Of a stretch of 64,000 bases of DNA, positions 30,271-38,289 are shown piece by piece. Both the position numbers and the translations under genes were made by a program. The number at the start of each line of letters is the position of its first letter. The first letter of the stretch is position 1. The stretch covers positions 64,001 to 128,000 of the forward strand of contig CAWIYV010000011.1 in assembly GCA_963840455.1 (NCBI GenBank), written 5' to 3'. The stretch is from Nitrospirota bacterium. GTDB lineage: Bacteria > Nitrospirota > UBA9217. The notes below the pieces were generated by a model that was not told the origin of the DNA, did no database searches, and was given only the letters and a program-made list of their open reading frames with translations.

Positions 30271-30855
30271 TTAATGGATAACTGTTACCTTCTGGAGGAT
30301 GAATCCCAGAATGAACAGAGCGAATACGACTGCCGATGTGACGGACACAGCGGCCCATGCATCCCTTTTCGTGAACGGCTCTTCGCACATGAGCGGCCGG
30401 CGTGCTACCATGACTGGGACCTTGGCGTTCTTTTCCACGTGCTGGGCGACCTTTCCGGTGATGAACCGGTCGAAGCCTTTCCGTCCGCTCTGGCCGAGGA
30501 TGATGAGGTCCGCGCCGACCTCATCGGCAGCCTGAAGGATCTCTTCGGTCGGGATGCCTTCCCTCCTCATGGTACGAATTGTTACCTGACCGTCATTCTT
30601 AAGCTCTCTGGAGTAAAAGGCAAGGATCTTCTCCGACCTGGCCTCCACCGCCTCTATATGATCGGTGCCGCGGAGCATTTCCTTGAGCGTGGACCTCTCT
30701 GCATCGCCCAGCATGTCGATCATCAGGGAGCGACCTTCTAGCCTCTCTACATGAAGGAGGATGACCTCGACCGGCAACTGTACAAAGTTATGGAATACTG
30801 ACAATACGTTCTGAGAGCCTTTCGTATCATCTACAGCGATCAAGATCTTTTTCAT
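30271..30855 (-). CDS. Universal stress protein with C-terminal TM anchor
   Basis: KKILIAVDD, VPVMVAR, hydrophobic tail. Confidence 0.88.
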   Translation of the reverse strand: MKKILIAVDDTKGSQNVLSVFHNFVQLPVEVILLHVERLEGRSLMIDMLGDAERSTLKEMLRGTDHIEAVEARSEKILAFYSRELKNDGQVTIRTMRREGIPTEEILQAADEVGADLIILGQSGRKGFDRFITGKVAQHVEKNAKVPVMVARRPLMCEEPFTKRDAWAAVSVTSAVVFALFILGFILQKVTVIH

Positions 30856-30905
30856 GTAACCTCCAAAGCCGTTAGACCACTTTGTTTCGTATCTGACTTA
30901 TTAAT

Positions 30906-30921
30906 AGCAAATCTAATGCCA
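30906..30921 (-). promoter_or_regulatory. sigma54 promoter of the usp-usp-usp-yeeE operon
   Basis: Minus strand TGGCATTAGATTTGCT; IHF consensus TATCAATGAGTTA at 30949-30961. Confidence 0.8.
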
Positions 30922-30994
30922 TATTTTGTTTATTTACAAGCATCAACTTATCAATGAGTTACATGTCATTATAACAATATAATTGACATTTCTT

Positions 30995-31057
30995 TGTTAA
31001 AATGTTAGTTAACGTTAATTGTGTTAAGTTAACAATTAACATATTGCTAATTAACAC
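30995..31057. promoter_or_regulatory. Cluster of TGTTAA/TTAACA half-sites (candidate enhancer)
   Basis: Includes perfect dyad TGTTAAGTTAACA; about 75-135 bp upstream of the sigma54 site. Confidence 0.6.
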
Positions 31058-31092
31058 ATTACATTTTACAACGCTAGTTACCAAGGTGCCCA

Positions 31093-32448
31093 ATGCCTAA
31101 CATCGAACAATTATGCAAAGAGCCGAACTTCCTGATCAATGTCTTCGAGACCATGCGAGATGGTCTCATGATCGTCGACAAGGATGGCAACATCATTTTT
31201 TTTAACGCTGCCGCCGAACGGATCACCGGCTACCGCAAGGAAGAGGTCGTCGGACAGCAGTGCACCATTCTTGACAGCGATACCTGCGTCATCCTGACCG
31301 ACGAAGGCCGCCAGAAGGACTGCGGCATATTCAAGACGGGAGCCTCCATCAATAACAAGAAGTGCCGGATCCGCGCGAGCGACGGAAGGGCTGTCTACCT
31401 TCTGAAGAACGCAACGATCCTGAAGAACGAAAAAGGCGAGATGATCGGTGCCGTGGAATCCATGACGGACATCACCTCTCTCTATATGAAGGAAATGGAG
31501 CTCGAAGAGCTGAAGCATGAGTTGCGGCAGGAATACTGGTTCATGGGTCTCCTCGGGAAGAGCGAACCGATGCAGCATCTGTTCGAGCAGATCCGGAACG
31601 CCGCCGGCAGCGAGGCCCCCGTGCTCGTCAGCGGCGAAAGCGGCACCGGCAAGAACCTCGTGGCCCAGGCCATTCACGGGCTCAGCAGGCGCAAGGAAGG
31701 CCCCTTCGTCGCGTTGAACTGCGGGTCGCTCAATGACTATCTTCTCGAGAGCGAGCTCTTCGGCCACAAGAAAGGCTCCTTCACCGGGGCCATGAGCGAC
31801 CGCATGGGCAGGTTCGAGGCCGCCCATAACGGGAGCATCTTCCTCGACGAGATTGGTGATATGCCAAAGGTCATGCAGGTGAAGCTGCTGCGGGTCCTCG
31901 AAGAGAAGGTGGTAGAGCGCGTGGGAGACCACCGGCCGGTGCCGGTCAACGTTCGGTTGATCTCCGCGACGAACAAGGACCTGAATTCCCTCGTCAATTC
32001 AGAGGTCTTCCGGGAAGACCTCCTGTATCGCATCAACTCCATCCTGATTAAGGTCCCGCCCCTGCGGGAACGGGTGGAGGACATTCCTGTGATAACGTTC
32101 CATTACTTGAAGAAGATATCCCATATCAACAACAAGGACATCCGGAGGATCAGCCCGGACGCCTTGGATATTATCACGAACTATCGCTGGCCGGGCAATG
32201 TTCGTCAGCTGATCAATACCATCGAGCATTGCGCCATCACTTGCAAGGGTGATACCGTTGAGGTCTCGGACCTGCCGGAGTACGTCTTTCATGAGAAAAA
32301 GGTAGAGGGGAACAACAAGAGCACCGACCGTGATCAATTGCTCTCGGCCCTGTCGCAGTACAAAGGGAACCGCACGCTGACAGCGAAACACCTCGGCATC
32401 AGCAGGGTCACCTTGTGGAAAAGGCTGAAGGATCTCGGCATCGAATGA
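31093..32448 (+). CDS. PAS-domain sigma54-dependent activator
   Basis: Cys-rich PAS, GESGTGKN, GSFTGA, FLDEI, HTH. Confidence 0.93.
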   Translation: MPNIEQLCKEPNFLINVFETMRDGLMIVDKDGNIIFFNAAAERITGYRKEEVVGQQCTILDSDTCVILTDEGRQKDCGIFKTGASINNKKCRIRASDGRAVYLLKNATILKNEKGEMIGAVESMTDITSLYMKEMELEELKHELRQEYWFMGLLGKSEPMQHLFEQIRNAAGSEAPVLVSGESGTGKNLVAQAIHGLSRRKEGPFVALNCGSLNDYLLESELFGHKKGSFTGAMSDRMGRFEAAHNGSIFLDEIGDMPKVMQVKLLRVLEEKVVERVGDHRPVPVNVRLISATNKDLNSLVNSEVFREDLLYRINSILIKVPPLRERVEDIPVITFHYLKKISHINNKDIRRISPDALDIITNYRWPGNVRQLINTIEHCAITCKGDTVEVSDLPEYVFHEKKVEGNNKSTDRDQLLSALSQYKGNRTLTAKHLGISRVTLWKRLKDLGIE

Positions 32449-32556
32449 CCGGGGGCCGCAACAGCGGCGATAAAGGGCCCAACCGGGCCCCGGCCCTCTT
32501 CCGGCGCACGATGCCCTGAGAAGCGTCGTCAGGCGTAGCGTCATGAGAAGGTTGCC

Positions 32557-34059
32557 ATGTCTCTAATGAAGCCCAGCATCAGAAGGAAAATTGCATTCGG
32601 CTATCTTACTATCATCCTCATGGTCATGGGCGTGTCGGTGGTCACCCTTGCCGAAATGGAGTATGTCAAGCAGAAGATGCTGTTCGGCGGGGCGGTTCAC
32701 GCGTTCCTCGATACCATCAATGAGCTCAAGAGGTTCGAAAAAAATTACCTTCTCTATGAACGGCGGGCTGATTACCCGGAGATCGTCCGGTACATCGATC
32801 AGGCAGATGACCTCCTCGGGATCAAGAGCAACAGATTCGACGCCATCGCCTCGTCCGACCAGATCAACAACCTCCAGTCACTTCTTCATCAGTACCGGGA
32901 CTTCCTGGCTCAGTTCACCTCCCTCCTAGATCGACGGATGTCCCTGATGAACCCGGCCGATGAGGCGCGCAAGGGCATGATAGAGTTCAGGCTCCGCACG
33001 GTCGGAGACGCCATCGTGGCCTCCGCCTTCAACATCGAGAGGGACTATCGCCACAGCATCATCGAGGCCAGCAACGAAACGCGTCGGGTCCTTCTCTACT
33101 CGATCGCCGCGCTGATCCTCGTCGCGATCATAGCAGGACGTGTCCTTTCCCGCATCGTTTTGAAACCGCTCCGCCGCATCGAGACCACAATGGACGAGAT
33201 CGCGGGCGGGCAGATCGTCACCATCGGAATCGATTCCCGCGACCAGGAGATCGTTTCCCTGGCCCAGGCGTTCAACAGGATGATCCGAGAACTGGAACTC
33301 CGGCAGCGCCACCTTATCCAGTCGGAAAAACTGTCTTCCCTCGGCACCCTCCTTTCAGGGGTGGCCCATGAGTTGAACAATCCCCTGTGGAACATTTCGT
33401 CCTCGAACCAGATACTCATGGAAAAGGGAGAAGACGGCACCCCCGAATTCAGGAAGATCCATCTCGCCCAGATCGAAGAACAGACCGACCGGGCCAGGAA
33501 CATCGTGCAATCTCTCCTGGAATTCTCCCGGAGCGGTGATTTCAAAAAGCAGGCCCTGCCCCTCGGGAACGTGATCGAAGATACGCTGCGGCTTGTGAGG
33601 GGACAACTGCCGCCGGGAGTCACCGTTCAGGTCGATGTCCCCGCCAGCCTGTCGATCACGGCCGACAAGCAGCGGATTCAGCAGGTCTTCATAAACCTCG
33701 TCAAGAACGCCGGCCAGGCCATCGAAGGAGAAGGAGCAATTTCCATCAAGGCATGGAAACATCGCGCCATCGACAAGACGGAAGACAATACTGCCATTGT
33801 CAACTATCTCAAATACAGGGGGAAATGCACGCTGGAGGTCGACACTGTGGACATCGAGGTCCATGATACCGGCCAGGGAATCCCGCACGAAGATCTCTCG
33901 AAGATCTTCGACCCCTTTTTCACAACCAAGGATGTAGGCAAGGGATCGGGCCTCGGGCTGTATATCGTCCATGAGATCATCGAGGAACATGACGGTTGCA
34001 TTGCCGTCGACAGCTCGCCGGACAGGGGGACGTCGTTCCTGCTGCGGCTGCCGGCGTAG
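32557..34059 (+). CDS. Membrane sensor histidine kinase with HAMP
   Basis: AHELNNPL, DTGQGI, GSGLGL. Confidence 0.92.
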   Translation: MSLMKPSIRRKIAFGYLTIILMVMGVSVVTLAEMEYVKQKMLFGGAVHAFLDTINELKRFEKNYLLYERRADYPEIVRYIDQADDLLGIKSNRFDAIASSDQINNLQSLLHQYRDFLAQFTSLLDRRMSLMNPADEARKGMIEFRLRTVGDAIVASAFNIERDYRHSIIEASNETRRVLLYSIAALILVAIIAGRVLSRIVLKPLRRIETTMDEIAGGQIVTIGIDSRDQEIVSLAQAFNRMIRELELRQRHLIQSEKLSSLGTLLSGVAHELNNPLWNISSSNQILMEKGEDGTPEFRKIHLAQIEEQTDRARNIVQSLLEFSRSGDFKKQALPLGNVIEDTLRLVRGQLPPGVTVQVDVPASLSITADKQRIQQVFINLVKNAGQAIEGEGAISIKAWKHRAIDKTEDNTAIVNYLKYRGKCTLEVDTVDIEVHDTGQGIPHEDLSKIFDPFFTTKDVGKGSGLGLYIVHEIIEEHDGCIAVDSSPDRGTSFLLRLPA

Positions 34060-34239
34060 TTCAGGACAAACGCCGGTCCAGGGACATGAGTGAACAAGAG
34101 CTAGGATGCGGTATACAGGAGAAGAGGCGTAAAGATCGCAAGGACATCCACTGGTTTTGCTTTCTTATACGCCTTGCGTTCTCTGTTTTCTTCGCAGGAA
34201 ACAGTTTTTCGACTAGCTTCTGGATACCGGGGTACGAGA

Positions 34240-35670
34240 ATGGAAAACCGCGTGAAACTATTGATCGTCGATGACGAGCGCGTGGCGCTCAGAAACCTCG
34301 AGTATGTCATGAAGAACGAGGGCTACGATGTTGTGGCCACGCAGAGCGGGTCGAATGCCATCCGCCATCTTGATGAACAGGAGTTCGACGTGGTATTGAC
34401 GGATATGCGCATGGAGAAGGTCGATGGCATGCAGGTCCTGAAAAAGTGCCGCGAGCGCCATCCCGATACCGAGATCATCATGATCACCGCCCACGCCACG
34501 CTGGAGTCGGCAGTGGATACCATGAAGCTGGGCGCCTATAACTATATTGCAAAACCGGCAAAGCTCGACGAACTGAGGAAAGCCGTCCGTGAGGCCGTTA
34601 AAAAAGTGGCGATGAAAAAAGAGCAGCGCCACCTGAAGGAGCAGCTTAAGGGCTATCGGGGAGCGGCCAAGATCATCACCCAGGACCTTGCCGTGCGGAA
34701 ACCCTTGGAGACCGCTCGCCAGATCGCTCTCGCCGATACGAACGTGTTCATCACAGGAGAGCGCGGTACGGGGAAGAAACTCTTCGCCCGCTATATCCAT
34801 GACAACAGCAGGCGCTCAGAAGGTCCCTTTTACACCATAAACTGCGGGGCGCTCCCCGAGGAGCTTCTCGCCTACGAACTGTTCGGACACGAGAAGGACA
34901 TGCTCGGGGATCCTTCGCCGAGAAAAAAAGGGATCATCGAAGCGGCGTCGGGAGGCACAATCCTTCTGTGCGATGTGATGGCGATGCCGCCGTCCTTGCA
35001 GGTGAAGCTTCTGCAGGTGCTCGAGGACAAGGAAGGCATGCGCATCGGCGGCATCAAGCCGTTCAAGGTCGACGTACGGTTCATCGCTACGGCGAACCAC
35101 GTTCCCGTCGAAACTGCGCGGGAAGAGCCGTTCAGGCAGGACCTCTATTTCCGGTTGAACGTGGTTTCCCTCCATCTTCCCCCGCTCGCTGAGCGGAGGG
35201 ACGATATTCCCCTCCTTTCCTATTTTTTTCTGCAAAAGCATGCCGCGGGAATGAACAGGTCCGTATCCGAACTTTCCACGGACGCTCTCTCGCTCCTCAT
35301 GAACTATAACTTCCCCGGCAACGTCCGGGAACTGGAGAACATCATCGAGCGGGGCGTCGCCCTTACCAATGACGGCACCATCGAACCGGCCCACCTGCCC
35401 GACAACCTGCGGGAGCTGGACATCAGGACGTTCAAAAAGAAAGAAGGGAAGATCCCTTCGCTCGAAGAGCAGGAAATAGCTTATATTAAATGGGTCTTGA
35501 ATGAGGTCGCGGGCAACAAGACCCTTGCCGCCCAGGTCTTGGGCATCGACCGCGTATCCCTTTGGAGGAAGCTGAAGAAATACGGGCTTGAAGGATCGCG
35601 CGAGGATCTTCTTACCGGGGCCGGAGGAGCAGGCACTCCTCCGGCAGGACCGGAGACAACCGGGGATTGA
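34240..35670 (+). CDS. NtrC-like response regulator with degenerate GAFTGA and Walker B
   Basis: REC + AAA + HTH; ELFGHEKDMLGD and LLCDV replace the canonical motifs. Confidence 0.88.
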   Translation: MENRVKLLIVDDERVALRNLEYVMKNEGYDVVATQSGSNAIRHLDEQEFDVVLTDMRMEKVDGMQVLKKCRERHPDTEIIMITAHATLESAVDTMKLGAYNYIAKPAKLDELRKAVREAVKKVAMKKEQRHLKEQLKGYRGAAKIITQDLAVRKPLETARQIALADTNVFITGERGTGKKLFARYIHDNSRRSEGPFYTINCGALPEELLAYELFGHEKDMLGDPSPRKKGIIEAASGGTILLCDVMAMPPSLQVKLLQVLEDKEGMRIGGIKPFKVDVRFIATANHVPVETAREEPFRQDLYFRLNVVSLHLPPLAERRDDIPLLSYFFLQKHAAGMNRSVSELSTDALSLLMNYNFPGNVRELENIIERGVALTNDGTIEPAHLPDNLRELDIRTFKKKEGKIPSLEEQEIAYIKWVLNEVAGNKTLAAQVLGIDRVSLWRKLKKYGLEGSREDLLTGAGGAGTPPAGPETTGD

Positions 35671-36099
35671 AGAAAATATAGGTGAGAAGATAACATTCGT
35701 GGGTGCAGGATGGGGCCATTCAGCTGCTACGCCCGCTACGATCGGGCGACCTGCCACAGACCGTTCCCGGAGGAGCACACTCCCATCCACTGTCAGAACC
35801 GGGTTGAACCTTCCCGCATAGCACGGGATCTTCCTCGAATGCTCGCGCATCATCCGGTGGATGAGCCGAAGGGAGAATGTCCTGGGCAGCCTTAAGGCGA
35901 CCTTCCCGGAAACGATACACACGCGGCGCCCCTTCCCGCAATTTCATCTCCAGCTTCCGTACAGCGTCATGGCGGGCATCCAGGTCTATGCTGCCACAGC
36001 GCTTGTCCGAAAGCCCCTCTGATCAGCGAGATCGTGTGCATCCTGACGTTCTCCAGCCCGCCGACAAAACTGATGATATCATCCATGGAGCTCTGGTTT

Positions 36100-36460
36100 T
36101 CGGAACAGAATACCGTATTGATCCCAGTTCGAAATTCGGGTACCGCCCGGCCAGATCGCTTACGGCCCGGTAGTTTTCAAGGGCCTTGACAAAGCAGCCC
36201 GGTGTCCGCCGAGCTATTGACGGACGCGAACGAGGGTGCTTTCCTCCAGGATGCAATCAGCGTCACAAAAGAAAAGTATGCCGCCTTTGCTGTTCATCCC
36301 CCCTGCATTCCGCGAAGCGCCCGCACCTGAGTGTTTCGTCAACTCGACGAGCATGCAGGGAAACTTTCTGATCAGGGCCGGGTGATCCGGCTTCCAAGCA
36401 GTCATCGACGACGATCTCACGACAGTCATCATTAAGCGCAAAGATCTCTCCTGAAAAGCG
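36100..36460 (-). pseudogene. Decayed GT2 glycosyltransferase
   Basis: EIVVDDC and GAGASRNAG..ILFFCDADC lie in different frames, with stops; boundaries approximate. Confidence 0.7.
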
Positions 36461-36599
36461 CTGGTCGTCCGGCTTCCGTTGGGTTGGGGATGATGGATAT
36501 GGAAGGAAGTTACTGATGACACCGCTTTCTGTCATCCGTTCAGAAACGCTGCGGCACGAGAGTGCTCAGTTTACGATGTGCCGACCTGGCAGCCCTGTC

Positions 36600-36989
36600 T
36601 CACAACAAGGCGGCTATCGTCAAGCCGACAACGGCGACCAGCAGGCCGAAGCCAATGACCGCTGCGGTCCTCCTTTGCAAAAGGGCACGTTCCCTGCCGC
36701 TGTCGAGGAAGGGGGCGAGCAAGACAACGCTGAAAGCGAGTCCCGGCAGGAGCACGGCACCCACAAAGGTCCACCGGCCGGGAAAGTACTTGGTGAGCTC
36801 GTAAAGGAACAGGAAGTACCATTCCGGGCGGGGGCTGAACTGCGTGGAAAAGTCGATCTCCCTGCCGATGGCTGGCGGGAACAGGATGGCCAGAAGCAGC
36901 ACCGCTTCGACCGCGAACAGCGCGACCACCGCCACTTCGAAGAAGTAATAGGGAAAGAACGTTTTCTCGTTTTTCGTTGCCTGCATCAC
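36600..36989 (-). CDS. Cytochrome b/b6 C-terminal (subunit IV-like) protein
   Basis: PEWYFLFLY motif, three TMs. Confidence 0.88.
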   Translation of the reverse strand: MMQATKNEKTFFPYYFFEVAVVALFAVEAVLLLAILFPPAIGREIDFSTQFSPRPEWYFLFLYELTKYFPGRWTFVGAVLLPGLAFSVVLLAPFLDSGRERALLQRRTAAVIGFGLLVAVVGLTIAALL

Positions 36990-37067
36990 GATGTTGTTCT
37001 CCTGTATCCCTAACCCCGTCTCTGTCTTCGCGTCACCCTGTCCCTGAATCTCCGTGTCCGCTGTATC

Positions 37068-37712
37068 TCACATCCCTCCCGATATCCCGGTCCTGCGGAT
37101 CATGTGGAAATGGAGCCAGAGGAAGATGCCCGTGGACAGTGGCAGCCAGAGGATGTGCATGCTGTAGAACCGGAGGAGCGTCGCGCCCGTCACCTCAGCA
37201 CCGCCGCGGACGAGGCCGGCGAGGAAGCTCCCTGCCAGGGGTACGGACCCGACCATGTTCGTGCCGATCACCGTGGCCCAGTAGGCCTTCTGGTCCCAGG
37301 GCAGGAGGTAGCCCGTGAACCCGAAGGACAGGGTCAGGACCAGGAGGAACGAACCCGCCACCCAGTGCAGCTCGCGCGGGTTCTTGTACGATCCGGTGAC
37401 GAAGACCCTGAGCATGTGGAGCACGATCGTGACGACCATCAGGTTCCCCGCCCAGTGGTGTGCTGCGCGGATGAGACCTCCCAGCGGCACCTCGCGGTGC
37501 AGCTGCTGGATGCTGCGGTAGGCGTCGGACTCCGAAGGGATGTAATAGCTGGAGAGCAGAAGGCCGGTCATGAGGAGCATGACAAAAAGCATGAAGGTGA
37601 TGCCGCCGAAGCAGTAATAATAGTTGATCCATCCCGGAACCGGTTTGTCCAGGATCCTCCGGTGCCTGCCGGTGAAGCCAAGGCGGTCGTTGAGATACTC
37701 GAGGACCTTCAT
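37068..37712 (-). CDS. Cytochrome b6-type N-terminal subunit
   Basis: YCFGG, HHWAGN..LHMLRVF, GFTGYLLPWDQ, RFYSMH..WLH. Confidence 0.95.
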   Translation of the reverse strand: MKVLEYLNDRLGFTGRHRRILDKPVPGWINYYYCFGGITFMLFVMLLMTGLLLSSYYIPSESDAYRSIQQLHREVPLGGLIRAAHHWAGNLMVVTIVLHMLRVFVTGSYKNPRELHWVAGSFLLVLTLSFGFTGYLLPWDQKAYWATVIGTNMVGSVPLAGSFLAGLVRGGAEVTGATLLRFYSMHILWLPLSTGIFLWLHFHMIRRTGISGGM

Positions 37713-37740
37713 TGCTTGTCACGCATCACTCGTCGCTGCT

Positions 37741-38193
37741 TCATACTTTCACCCCCACCGTCACCATCCCGTTCCTGACCTCGACGGGATACGCTGTGAG
37801 CGGTATTGGCGGAGGGCCTGCGATGTTCTTCCCGGCGATGTCGTACTTCCCGCCATGGCAGGGGCAGACGAACTCCCTGGACTCTTTTCGGTAGTTCACG
37901 AGGCACCCGAGGTGGCTGCAGACGGCCGACAGCACGGTGAGCCTGTCCGGTGATGAGATGATGAAGACGCGGGCCTTCCGCTCTTTCCCTGCAACGGCGT
38001 AGACTAGCTCGGCCTTCTTGACGCCGGACCGAGGGACCTCGTCCTCGGGGACCAGGGGGAACCAGGCAAGTTCCTTATTCCGCCAGCCCGAGGGCGAAAG
38101 GACCCGCAGGCCTGCGAACAGGGACCCGAGGCCGAGCAATGCGAACACTCCGTACAGGGCCTTTGCAATGAACTCTCTGCGTCCGTGCTCCAT
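37741..38193 (-). CDS. Rieske iron-sulfur subunit
   Basis: RREF Tat/TM; CSHLGC and CPCHGG. Confidence 0.95.
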   Translation of the reverse strand: MEHGRREFIAKALYGVFALLGLGSLFAGLRVLSPSGWRNKELAWFPLVPEDEVPRSGVKKAELVYAVAGKERKARVFIISSPDRLTVLSAVCSHLGCLVNYRKESREFVCPCHGGKYDIAGKNIAGPPPIPLTAYPVEVRNGMVTVGVKV

Positions 38194-38201
38194 TGTTGAC
38201 T

Positions 38202-38230
38202 ATAGTACGCCAGGGGACTGGGGATGTCAA
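38202..38230 (-). promoter_or_regulatory. sigma70 promoter of the Rieske/cytochrome b operon
   Basis: TTGACA-17 nt-TACTAT. Confidence 0.65.
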
Positions 38231-38289
38231 TCCGGGGGAGGAGCGGGGAAGGGACGTCCCGCATTACTGATAATGAAAGAACCGATTGG

